Virus record (IMG/VR): IMGVR_UViG_3300033407_000083
Location: 1-33,312 of that record
Length of the DNA stretch: 33,312 nucleotides
Direction: 5' to 3' (one strand)
Source of the DNA: a virus
Taxonomy: Duplodnaviria; Caudoviricetes
Below are positions 1 to 8,689 of the stretch, piece by piece. How positions within the stretch are numbered: the stretch's first letter is position 1; each line of letters opens with the position of its first letter. The position numbers and the translations under genes were made by a program. Under the pieces are notes generated by a model. The model was not told where the DNA came from, ran no database searches, and saw only the letters and a list, made by a program, of their open reading frames with translations.

Positions 1-1
1 T

Positions 2-100
2 GGGTGCGACGAAGTTCAGCACCATCGCCGGATGTTTGGAATATTCGTCGCTGGAAACCGTTTTTCCATCCACGGTCTTGATCGAAAAGCTCGGCGCCTC
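2..100 (-). pseudogene. Fragment of host redoxin/TlpA-like (thioredoxin-fold) gene interrupted by the prophage; continues off the left edge
   Basis: Minus strand translates EAPSFSIKTVDGKTVSSDEYSKHPAMVLNFVAP, matching the APxFxLxTxDGKTVSxxDYxxKxxVLNFWAxWC start of redoxin domains; similarity stops at 100/101. Confidence 0.75.
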
Positions 101-104
101 TAAG

Positions 105-145
105 GCGCACCACGGTTTTGCACTGAGCGCACCGGTTTTGCACTG
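105..145 (+). repeat. Tandem direct repeats at the prophage end, candidate transposase-binding sites (R1/R2-like)
   Basis: CGGTTTTGCACTG at 113-125 and 133-145 (20-bp period), each preceded by GCGCAC, a few bp inside the host junction. Confidence 0.65.
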
Positions 146-223
146 GGCATATAACGCATAAACCCCCTGCACACCGCCCGACCATCCGATCAAGGGCTGC
201 AAGGGGTTTCTGTGAAATTCGCG

Positions 224-263
224 TTCAAACAGCCCTCGAAGGGGCTTCGATCCGCCCTCAAAT
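224..263 (+). repeat. Four YTCRA-type motifs phased at 11 bp
   Basis: TTCAAAC(224), CTCGAAG(235), TTCGATC(246), CTCAAAT(257). Confidence 0.5.
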
Positions 264-695
264 CGGCGGATTCAGACCATCATCGGTCTCCGTCCATTCG
301 ACAAATCGCGGACGAAGCAGCGGGCACCTGCACGCCGCCTTCGTCGTCTTGTATTCTTGGTCCGATCCGACCCTTCCGATCTGCCAGACCGGGCATCCGC
401 AGCACCCGCAATAATGCTTCTCGCCGACCCGGTGTACGTACTCGCACGCCGCGCAGCGGCCCACTCGTTCGGCCGCGATCTCGGCGGGAACAGGTCCGGA
501 CGCAAGGACGATCGCGAGACTGATCGCCTTTCGGACGACGTTCTGTTTCGGACAAGGATTACCGGCGATCCGATTCGGATCGCTCGCCGGCCCGCAAGCG
601 ACCGCCTCGCTCGGCTCGCCCAAGTGCGGCCTGCGCTTCGCCCCGTAATGAAGCTCGCGCATCGACTCAGCGAAGTCATGGAAGTTCCTTTTCAT
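258..695 (-). CDS. Cys-rich putative zinc-binding phage protein (145 aa)
   Basis: ATGA overlap with upstream stop at 692-695; motif ERxxxCxxC...CGCCGCP...K...CRCP. Confidence 0.7.
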   Translation of the reverse strand: MKRNFHDFAESMRELHYGAKRRPHLGEPSEAVACGPASDPNRIAGNPCPKQNVVRKAISLAIVLASGPVPAEIAAERVGRCAACEYVHRVGEKHYCGCCGCPVWQIGRVGSDQEYKTTKAACRCPLLRPRFVEWTETDDGLNPPI

Positions 696-2212
696 CCGCA
701 TAGCTGAACGGGTGAGACGGTCATCCCGATCACCACATCGCCCTCGAACCGTTGCGTCGCATCCGGGTTGGTCGTGTCGTTCACCTCGCCCCGGATCACG
801 CACCCGTCCAGCGCCTCCAGGAAGTCGCAGCACGCGATGCCTGCGCTGGGAATCTCGTAATCGAATGGCCCTCTCGCGAACGGTCGCGGGCCGTTGATGC
901 CCCTCCACTTCACCTTGCGCTGAATCGAGCTGCATCCATCCGTTCCGGCGAGAGTGACGACGGCGTCGTCGTTCCACGCAAACTCGCACGGCGAACTGAC
1001 CGCCAACTTTACATCGCAATCCGTATCATCCCAGCCCGGCCGCAGGCGCACGTTGAGTGTCACCTGGCAATCGAACGTTGCCGGGATGCGTATGGCGTGG
1101 ATGTATCGGGGATTGTTGCCCACGGCCGGATTGCGGACGCACGCCCGGTCGCCCGATGCGTGCAGCTCCATCGCCACGCTCTCGATGACCAGGTCGGCCT
1201 CGAAGACGCAGTCATGCCCGTAGGGCCTCACGTAAACCGTCCACGGTTCGCCCGTACCGCCGTTGCGCAGCACGCGCGGCGCATTCGCACAACCCCAGGT
1301 CTTCGCCCGAGACCACCGATTAAGATCGGCAGCGTCATAACGCCGTCGCCGCGATCCCGGACGGTCGAGCTTGTCCAATCCGTCAGTCAGCTTCAGTTGT
1401 TGCAAGACGTCGTTGTATAGCGTCAGGCATTCCGGCTCGTTCCACGGATACCGCACCGGGTCTACCGCCAGTAGCATGTCCAGATCAATGTTCAAGGTAT
1501 CGAGCACCGTCAGTTGCTCCTCCGCGTCACCCAGGTGCTCCCAAAAGTCAGGATACTCGTCCGTAATATCGTGCAGCCCGGAAGTCAGACAGAATTGATC
1601 GGACAGTATGAAACATGCCGAGTTTGCATCGAACCCGAAGTGAATGTGCATGATCTGCCGACCTGGGTGGAGCGAGAAGGAACGCGGCAACCGTTGCCGT
1701 GCCTGATTCGGATATTGCCCTTTGATCGGCTTGTTGCAGGTAATGACCCACGCAGGGCCGACGCCGTTGTAAACGATCCAGTGGCAAAGCCACGCACAGC
1801 ACACGTGTTCGATATTGTGGCTCGGCCAGGTCGGCAGAACGCGCGCCCTTGTCCCCGCAAGGTGATACGTCGTTCGGATGTTCGGCGCCTGATTCGTTCC
1901 CGCCGTGAACGTCGGTTGCTCGAATAAATCCAGCGGACCCACCGAGTCGAGTTCTATCGCCGCCCCCGGAGCGGCTGGACTATTCTCCCCGATGCCGCCG
2001 ACCGCGCACGGAGTCTGATCCCGGTCAAACTCAATACCGCACTCCGCTTCATTTGGAGCCTTAACGCAGTAGATGCAGTCGAGGTCTGTTTCGCAGTCGG
2101 CTCTGATCGGTTGGGGATCGGCAAAGGGCATCCCGGCGTCCACGCCCATGCAACCGCCCACGGTCCGACCCGTTGTGTTGCAGAAATCGAATACTGACGG
2201 GTCTTCAGTCAT
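692..2212 (-). CDS. Cys-rich hypothetical protein (506 aa), possible tail-tip/receptor-binding accessory
   Basis: Long ORF, ATGA coupling at 2209-2212 (MTEDPSVF), about 25 Cys, distal tail position. Confidence 0.7.
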   Translation of the reverse strand: MTEDPSVFDFCNTTGRTVGGCMGVDAGMPFADPQPIRADCETDLDCIYCVKAPNEAECGIEFDRDQTPCAVGGIGENSPAAPGAAIELDSVGPLDLFEQPTFTAGTNQAPNIRTTYHLAGTRARVLPTWPSHNIEHVCCAWLCHWIVYNGVGPAWVITCNKPIKGQYPNQARQRLPRSFSLHPGRQIMHIHFGFDANSACFILSDQFCLTSGLHDITDEYPDFWEHLGDAEEQLTVLDTLNIDLDMLLAVDPVRYPWNEPECLTLYNDVLQQLKLTDGLDKLDRPGSRRRRYDAADLNRWSRAKTWGCANAPRVLRNGGTGEPWTVYVRPYGHDCVFEADLVIESVAMELHASGDRACVRNPAVGNNPRYIHAIRIPATFDCQVTLNVRLRPGWDDTDCDVKLAVSSPCEFAWNDDAVVTLAGTDGCSSIQRKVKWRGINGPRPFARGPFDYEIPSAGIACCDFLEALDGCVIRGEVNDTTNPDATQRFEGDVVIGMTVSPVQLCG

Positions 2213-2610
2213 ACGGGAATGCACCCCACCATCGACGACCATTGGACGATCGTGCCTTCCAGCGGCGACCGCACCATACCTCTGACGCGACCGCCGACGT
2301 TGCCGAATCCGCCGACGCATTGTTGATTGCCCGTGCGGACCGCCAGTTGCACGGTTCCCCGCGCGTGGTTTACGACCGCCTCCGCGAAGATATGCTTATA
2401 CATTCCCCGCCCCGCTCCGCTCACCCGTTCATTCACCGCAAGAGTCGTGTGCCTGGATATCCACACGATCACCCCAACGCCGTCTTTCACCACGTACTGC
2501 GGCACGAAGTGAACGATCGGACACAAGTCCCGCGTCGGCCTCTGCGGCTTGGGTTCCGCCGGATAGATCACCGGGCTTACCGGCTCTGCCACGATCGGTT
2601 CGTCCGCCAT
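2209..2610 (-). CDS. Hypothetical protein (133 aa)
   Basis: Coupled to both neighbours (TGATG at 2608-2612, ATGA at 2209-2212). Confidence 0.65.
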   Translation of the reverse strand: MADEPIVAEPVSPVIYPAEPKPQRPTRDLCPIVHFVPQYVVKDGVGVIVWISRHTTLAVNERVSGAGRGMYKHIFAEAVVNHARGTVQLAVRTGNQQCVGGFGNVGGRVRGMVRSPLEGTIVQWSSMVGCIPV

Positions 2611-3032
2611 CAGCCCTGCCCTCCCCCGTAGACCACCGCACTGGGATCAAGCACCGAGTAGTCGGCCTTCATATAGAGTTCGATGATCCACGCCCCCCTC
2701 CGCTTCGTGGCGAAGATCGGCAAGGCCAGCGCCGTCACCGTGCCCGGGCCGAATACCCAGTGCTTGTAGTGCGCCACGATCGCCGTCTCGATCGGGTATC
2801 CGTCCTTGATTTCTCCGAACGCTTCATAGCGCCCCACCTGCGGCGGATTGTCCGCGTAGCGGATCCGCTGCCATTTGAGGATGTCACCTTCGATCTTCCG
2901 GATGATCCCGATGAACCGGTTCTCGCCTCCGCCCCCCGGCGCTGCCGTGGGAATCGGCTGGCTCGTCGTCGTCTTTGAGCCGCGTACGATCCGCTCCGCC
3001 CGCCGCCTGCTGTGTTCGCCGTCGTAAGCCAC
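2610..3032 (-). CDS. Hypothetical protein (140 aa)
   Basis: GTG start at 3032 with GGAGG upstream, immediately after the previous stop; globular composition. Confidence 0.65.
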   Translation of the reverse strand: MAYDGEHSRRRAERIVRGSKTTTSQPIPTAAPGGGGENRFIGIIRKIEGDILKWQRIRYADNPPQVGRYEAFGEIKDGYPIETAIVAHYKHWVFGPGTVTALALPIFATKRRGAWIIELYMKADYSVLDPSAVVYGGGQG

Positions 3033-3034
3033 TC

Positions 3035-3778
3035 TTATCGCCTCCCCTGCTGCCCGCTCGCAATGGACGCGAGTTGCGCTTCCGTCGTCTCCATCGCCGT
3101 CACCGCCGCCGTCGTCCGCGTGTTTCGCTCCGCCGCGCCGCCGCTGTTTCGCCCGCGCACGCCGAAGACCCGCACCGTTCCCTGCGCGTAGGCCCCCGTG
3201 GTGAACGAGAAGCTCCGCTGGTCCCCGACCACGCGCACGTAATCGAGTCCCGTCGCCGAGTCCGTCAGTGGCGCGGTGTAATTCACGCTTCCCGGATCGG
3301 CCCCCGCGAACACTTGAAAATCCTTCGGCCACGCCCCCTGGCCGTAGGGGTCGTATTCAAAGAACACGCGGAACTTCCCGCCCGCGATCGGCTTCGCCGA
3401 CAGATGGAGCGGGAACATCGGCAGCGGCGGATCGATCCGGTCCCCCGCCCCGTCAAAATCCACCCGCACCGGCTCGGCGAAAGCGCTGGCGAACCCGTTG
3501 CCGTAGACCACGGCTGCGTCGTACTGAAAACCCATGTCCGCTTCATGATCGAAGCCCGGCATGTTCCTGATCTGCGTGGCCGAGAGCGCGGCGCTACCGC
3601 AAAACGTCCACGCCGAGACGTCCGGATACATCCGCCGCCGCCGCAGGATCACCGCCCCATTCCGCGGCGGGAAGAGCAGCCCGTCCGTCAGGATGAACCC
3701 CAGCGCCGCGTGCTCGAAGCTTCCGTAGCCCAGGAGGAAGGGGTCGGCCCCGCGTTGAAATTCCTCAATCATCCTCAT
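3035..3778 (-). CDS. Hypothetical virion protein with beta-sandwich/FN3-like segments (247 aa)
   Basis: ATGA overlap at 3775-3778; FQVFAG...VFGVRGRN pattern reminiscent of FN3 strands. Confidence 0.65.
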   Translation of the reverse strand: MRMIEEFQRGADPFLLGYGSFEHAALGFILTDGLLFPPRNGAVILRRRRMYPDVSAWTFCGSAALSATQIRNMPGFDHEADMGFQYDAAVVYGNGFASAFAEPVRVDFDGAGDRIDPPLPMFPLHLSAKPIAGGKFRVFFEYDPYGQGAWPKDFQVFAGADPGSVNYTAPLTDSATGLDYVRVVGDQRSFSFTTGAYAQGTVRVFGVRGRNSGGAAERNTRTTAAVTAMETTEAQLASIASGQQGRR

Positions 3779-6000
3779 ACCGGCACATATCCGATCTTGT
3801 CCGCATCGATCTCCGTGAGTTCTCGCGTGCCGCGCGCCGTGGTCCCGTCCGCCTTGTAAGCCGTGATCTGCCCCGTCGAACGATCCACGACGATCTTTTC
3901 GGTCGACAGTTTGTCGAGCACCGTCTCGCCGACCTGGTCGGCGGTTGGTGCGGATGCGCCCGGTATCGTGCCGAGCGGGAGAATGCGGAACTGCGAAGTG
4001 GCGTCGGGAGCCGTCGCCCAGCTCGCCGCCATCGTGGCCACTCTCGTCGCGCCGACATACGACGCGATGATCTCGCATTCTCCCGCACCAGTACCGCCCA
4101 CGATCGCACAGCGCTGGTTCTTGTAGAAGTCGTTCACCGCCGACGCCCCCGCGTCCAGCGTAATCGTGGCTGCCCCGCCCGCCTGGGCCGTGCCTTCGTG
4201 GTTCCGCGTTTCCGACGACCCTCCGCCCGACGGCGCCTGCTCCAGGGCGTTGGTGGTGAATCGCTGCGTTCCCGCGTCATCCTCGGTGAGTTCGGCGAAG
4301 AGCGATCCTGCTGCGGGCGCCGCCATCGACGCCGCCAGCAGTTGATTCAGTCGTGCGTCGGCGATCGCCGTGTCGCATTCCGTGTTCACCTGTGCGGGCG
4401 TCGCCCGCGTGGCGATGTCGGCGGCGATGGACGCCCCGGCGGGCGCTCCCAGCCGCGCCATCACCGCGTCGGTCGCCGCGATGATGAGGCTCTCGTCGGC
4501 GGGATCCGTGGGCAGATTGTCGGTCTTGGTCTTCACCGCCGCCGTATCGGCTTTGACTGCGGCAATGTCCGCACTGATCGACGCGCCGACCGGCGCGCCC
4601 AGTCGCGCGAAGGCATCGCCCGTCTGCGGCTGAATCACGCCCGGAATCCGCGTGTCGTGCAGGGTGTCGAGCTTGGTTCGATCGGCGCTGGTGAAGTCCA
4701 CCGCCGTCGTGTCCACGATCTGCGCCGCCGCCCCGTGCAGCCGCGTGGCTCCGCCCTCCACGATGCTCCACTCGAAGAGCAGTTCCTCGATCACGTGCGC
4801 CGAGCTGACCGTGTACGTGACGCTATAGTGCCCCGTGCCCTCGAGCGTCACCGCGCCCAGGTTCGCCGAGCGGTCCGTGCCCGCCTCATTGACCGCCGTC
4901 AGCGTCGGGGTCGAGTCCGGCGCCTCCATGTTGCCGACCTGGTCGTAGAGATAGAGGTGCAGCTTGTACGCCGTCGAGCCGCTGTCGGGGCGCTCGATCA
5001 TTGGGGGCACGATCACCCGCACGCGGGTGTTGTTTTGAATGGCCGTCACCTCTCCGCTGCTCGCGACGTTGCCGGTGATGTTCAGCTTGTCCAGGTATCC
5101 GCCGCGCGTGGCGGTGTAGTTGTCGTCCAGCGTTTTGACCCGTTCGTTGATCGAGTCGCTCGTCGGCGTTCCGGGGATCGCCGTATCGAGCGCCGCGTCG
5201 ACCTCAGCGTTAACGTCGGCCTTGGCCTGGGCGGCCAGGGAACCGACTGACCCGCTGAGGTCGCCTGTAATGTTCGCAGTGAGCGCGGTCGTCACGCTGG
5301 TGGCCGCGTTGGCGCCCGCGATGAAAACGCCTCCCGCCGCCCCGGCTGTCGCCGAGGGAAGAAAATCCGTCTTCGTCTTCACCGCGGCGGTGTCTGCGGC
5401 GATGATGTCGAGTATGAGATCGAGCCGCCCGGCGTCGATCCAGTCGGTCAGTGCGCCCATGCGCACCGCCGTAACTTCGTCCGTATTCGCCAGCTTCGCG
5501 TCGAGGTCCAGTCCGCCCGCGTCGCTGATGGGCAGCCCGCCCGCCGCGTCGGCTGCGGCGTTTGGCAGGGCGGTCATCCCCATGCGTACCGCGTCCTGGC
5601 GGTCCACCGCATCCAGCGCGACCTCGAACGGGCACGGTGCAACACCCGTCGCCCGCACCATGCCGGAGACAAACCGACTCGCGTCCGCCGTTCCGCCCGC
5701 CGCCTGTTCCAGGTGAATCTCGTACCAGCCCGGCAGGTTCGTCGCGTCAATTTCCTTGAACCGGCAGTTTGCGGACGTGGGGGCGGCATAGGTTCCCAGC
5801 GTGGTGATATCCTCAACGGACGTCCCGCCGACGTAGTTTGTGGACGCTGCCGATAACGCGCGTATCACGTTGATCTTCAGGTCTGCCTGCGTCCGCACAA
5901 TGCCGGTCTTGCCCGCTCCGGTCGTGACGGCGGAGTCTTGCAAGAATACCCGCACCACCAGATTGGGCGTCGCCGATCGAGCAATTGAGAACTTCGCCAT
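3775..6000 (-). CDS. Large Ala/Thr/Asp-rich putative virion fibre/decoration protein with internal repeats (741 aa)
   Basis: Repeats ADTAAVKTKTD(F/N)LP and ARLGAP(V/A)GASI(S/A)ADIA; C-terminal GTAQAGGAATITLDAGASAVNDFY segment; tail-region position. Confidence 0.75.
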   Translation of the reverse strand: MAKFSIARSATPNLVVRVFLQDSAVTTGAGKTGIVRTQADLKINVIRALSAASTNYVGGTSVEDITTLGTYAAPTSANCRFKEIDATNLPGWYEIHLEQAAGGTADASRFVSGMVRATGVAPCPFEVALDAVDRQDAVRMGMTALPNAAADAAGGLPISDAGGLDLDAKLANTDEVTAVRMGALTDWIDAGRLDLILDIIAADTAAVKTKTDFLPSATAGAAGGVFIAGANAATSVTTALTANITGDLSGSVGSLAAQAKADVNAEVDAALDTAIPGTPTSDSINERVKTLDDNYTATRGGYLDKLNITGNVASSGEVTAIQNNTRVRVIVPPMIERPDSGSTAYKLHLYLYDQVGNMEAPDSTPTLTAVNEAGTDRSANLGAVTLEGTGHYSVTYTVSSAHVIEELLFEWSIVEGGATRLHGAAAQIVDTTAVDFTSADRTKLDTLHDTRIPGVIQPQTGDAFARLGAPVGASISADIAAVKADTAAVKTKTDNLPTDPADESLIIAATDAVMARLGAPAGASIAADIATRATPAQVNTECDTAIADARLNQLLAASMAAPAAGSLFAELTEDDAGTQRFTTNALEQAPSGGGSSETRNHEGTAQAGGAATITLDAGASAVNDFYKNQRCAIVGGTGAGECEIIASYVGATRVATMAASWATAPDATSQFRILPLGTIPGASAPTADQVGETVLDKLSTEKIVVDRSTGQITAYKADGTTARGTRELTEIDADKIGYVPV

Positions 6001-6001
6001 G

Positions 6002-7141
6002 CTATCCTCTCATTCCGCCCGCCATGCCGGGATGCGTAATCAAGCCGCCGCCTCCGCCCCCGCCGCCCGACCCGTCGTCGAGTTGATCTATGACCAGCCG
6101 CAACGTCGGGAACTCGGAATCAACATCCGTCCATCCGCCCGACCCGTTGTCGTCGCACCAGTAAAAATCCGTCGTCCCCAAAACTTGCGTGAGTAGCGCG
6201 TTGGATTCGACGTTCCTGGAATAAAGTATGCCATGCACCCCCGTACCTGTGCATGTTGCCCGGTACCATGTGCCCGCCGCCGCCTCATAGGGCGTGGCAA
6301 AACGAATGATCCCGCTCGCATTGACGGTCGTTGGATTGTCAGATAAATCCGAATCGATGTCCGCCGTCGATGCCAGTCTGACTCCGCCCGGGGAAGTGGC
6401 GTCTGCGATGAGATGCCGCTGAAAGCTGGTTTGGCCGCTGGCCTTCGTGTAGAGAAGGTAATCTATAAGACCCGCAATTCTCGCCGGGAACGGCAAGCGG
6501 AATCTCGCTCCCTTTTCCTCGTTGTTGGCGGATACGGAGGTGTTCGATATCCCGCCAAACTCAGGAGCAACAACGTAGGCGGACGATGCGTATTCGAGCA
6601 CCACATTCGGCGCAACCGCCGCATTTGCCGTCTTCGCCCAAGCCGCCGTATAAAGATCGACATAGGGAAGATTCATGCGACTCCGAATGTTCACATCTAC
6701 ACCCTGCACCGTTACCGAGTCCGCTCCGCCGCGAACGGTCATTTCAAACACGACCGCAAACGGATCGCCCTTTGCAACCGCCGCAGCCCCACTGCCATAG
6801 GTTACGTCCGTAAAATCAAACCACGTCCACGCATTCGCGGTGAGGATACTCGCCCCAGTTCGTTGCCACTGTCCATTCGCGGCGTCGAGCAAAGTTCCGC
6901 TTGGATGCCCATCGGCGTCCAACGTCTGCAACGACACGGTGATCTGCGTTGCGGCGTTAGCGTTGGTGACAGCGCCGAGTTTGATGCCTACGCGACTGAT
7001 CGCCCCCGTCGAGGGAATCAGACCACAAAAGGCGCACTTTTCCCCGGTTACATCGCAGATCGCTGCGGTTATCAAACCGGAGGCGAATCCATGCGTGTTT
7101 CCGCCCGGCCAGATGAATGGCGCTACGTCAACAAGTGCCAT
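6002..7141 (-). CDS. Beta-rich putative receptor/carbohydrate-binding virion protein with Gly linker and C-terminal HPGMAGGMRG tail (379 aa)
   Basis: TAATG overlap at 7139-7143; lower GC than core genes; ends DGSGGGGGGGGLITHPGMAGGMRG. Confidence 0.7.
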   Translation of the reverse strand: MALVDVAPFIWPGGNTHGFASGLITAAICDVTGEKCAFCGLIPSTGAISRVGIKLGAVTNANAATQITVSLQTLDADGHPSGTLLDAANGQWQRTGASILTANAWTWFDFTDVTYGSGAAAVAKGDPFAVVFEMTVRGGADSVTVQGVDVNIRSRMNLPYVDLYTAAWAKTANAAVAPNVVLEYASSAYVVAPEFGGISNTSVSANNEEKGARFRLPFPARIAGLIDYLLYTKASGQTSFQRHLIADATSPGGVRLASTADIDSDLSDNPTTVNASGIIRFATPYEAAAGTWYRATCTGTGVHGILYSRNVESNALLTQVLGTTDFYWCDDNGSGGWTDVDSEFPTLRLVIDQLDDGSGGGGGGGGLITHPGMAGGMRG

Positions 7142-7383
7142 TAGATCGCCACCTCCACTCCGGCAATAAGGGCGTTGCGGACTTGCGCCCTCGTTTTCCC
7201 GACAGCGTAGAGCTTCAGGAGCGCCGCGACCGCTGCGTCCCGGCCCTCCTGATCGAGCGCGGTTTCGATATCGTCGCGCGTCAAGGCGATGATGCGTTTC
7301 GCCCCTCCGTCCAGGCGCACGCCGATGTCCAGATGCCCGCCGCCGCCGCACGCCGATTCAAGGGTGATCGTCAACGTCGCCAT
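7141..7383 (-). CDS. Hypothetical protein (80 aa)
   Basis: GAGGA SD upstream of ATG; coupled to downstream gene. Confidence 0.7.
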   Translation of the reverse strand: MATLTITLESACGGGGHLDIGVRLDGGAKRIIALTRDDIETALDQEGRDAAVAALLKLYAVGKTRAQVRNALIAGVEVAI

Positions 7384-7437
7384 GTCGTCCTCACGGTGCG
7401 CTCGTTCCCAGTTCCGTCGAAACCGCCACCCACTCCT

Positions 7438-8418
7438 CTACTCTGTCCCCGCCTTCAGAAACGCCATCAGGTGCCTTCGGTCCGGGTCCGCGATCCTGGG
7501 ATCAAACGGATGTGGGTAGACGGCTACCGTGCTCGGACATGCCATGAACCGCCCAGGCTTTCCGCAATGCCACTTCCCGTAGAGTTCGCGGGCTACTTCG
7601 GCGGTATAAAACGTGAACGGTTCGGCCTCCCAGACAATGTGCTGGTAGGTCGTATCGAAGGTGAACACCTGCCCCGCGCCGGGCGCGAGCACCCACGCGG
7701 CCGTTTCGGCAATGCCGACTGAGTCCGCCAGCGCCCGCGCCCGCCGCGACGCCTCGCGCATCCCGATGATCTCGCCGCGCAGGTACGCTTCCCATCCGAT
7801 GCTCTGAAGACCGTCAAACGGGACCGCCCACTTCTGCGTACACCAAGAATCAGGCTCGCACGGACCCGGCCACGGCCCCCAGCCGTACCATTCCACACGC
7901 TCGCACTTGCACACCGCCCGGATGAAAGCATCGTAGGCTGAGTACAGGTCCGCCACCTGCGAACGGTTCGGCTCGTTGCGGGCGTCGAACGTCTCGCTAT
8001 CGACCAGGCACACCACGCCGGGGCGGTAGGTGCTGGCGTCCAGCGCAGCCTGCACCTTGCGCCAATTCCGGTAGGTCGCGTAGAACTCCGCAGACGCTTC
8101 GGGGCTGTCGGGCGCGACCGCCGCGTCCCACGGGCGGAACAGCACGCCGAGTTTGATCGGCGAGCCGCGTTCCGTTTCCGCCAACTTGGCGATGGTGAGT
8201 GCGGCTAGCGCCTGGTCTTTCGTCGTGTACCCGGCATCGACGGTGACGGCGCCGAGAATCCGTGTCAGTTGAATCATCTCCGCGTCGTCGACCCGGTAGC
8301 GTTCCTTCGGCGCGCCCCACGGGATCGTCAATTTCGGAAGCGGCTTGATCGCCTTCCACTCTTCGGTCGTCGGCGGGGCCGCGAGCACCGCCAGCATGAT
8401 CGCCCAAATCATCGCCAT
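7438..8418 (-). CDS. Secreted hypothetical protein (326 aa), possibly hydrolase-like alpha/beta fold
   Basis: Hydrophobic N-terminus MAMIWAIMLAVLAA; alternating strand/helix pattern with VCLVDSETF; GGAG SD. Confidence 0.7.
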   Translation of the reverse strand: MAMIWAIMLAVLAAPPTTEEWKAIKPLPKLTIPWGAPKERYRVDDAEMIQLTRILGAVTVDAGYTTKDQALAALTIAKLAETERGSPIKLGVLFRPWDAAVAPDSPEASAEFYATYRNWRKVQAALDASTYRPGVVCLVDSETFDARNEPNRSQVADLYSAYDAFIRAVCKCERVEWYGWGPWPGPCEPDSWCTQKWAVPFDGLQSIGWEAYLRGEIIGMREASRRARALADSVGIAETAAWVLAPGAGQVFTFDTTYQHIVWEAEPFTFYTAEVARELYGKWHCGKPGRFMACPSTVAVYPHPFDPRIADPDRRHLMAFLKAGTE

Positions 8419-8600
8419 CGTTCACTCCATTCATTGAACACTACTGCTACGTCGAACAGGTCAAGATCGCCGTCGCCGTCCACGTCGTATTTTCCGCCCA
8501 CGTTCACCCCCACGGATATACCGAGTCGTTCCTGCGGGTTCGGGCCGGTCATGCAAAACGCGACGCCGATCCACAAAAAAACTGCCGGGTGCACGCTCAT
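8409..8600 (-). CDS. Small membrane/secreted protein with dockerin/EF-hand-like Ca-binding motif (63 aa)
   Basis: Hydrophobic N-terminus, then FCMTGP...DVDGDGDLDLFDVAVV; overlaps next gene start. Confidence 0.6.
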   Translation of the reverse strand: MSVHPAVFLWIGVAFCMTGPNPQERLGISVGVNVGGKYDVDGDGDLDLFDVAVVFNEWSERWR

Positions 8601-8689
8601 TTCGCTGCCGCTCCCTGCGCCGCTTCGCTTCTCCCATCCCCAGTTGTTCCATACCCTTGGTCTTCTTCGTACCTTCGTGGTTCAAAGTT

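Noticed and set aside
94-108. GCGCCT-CTA-AGGCGC palindrome spanning the host/phage junction as a targeting signal
   Set aside because: A 6-bp GC-rich stem at a single junction is easily chance.
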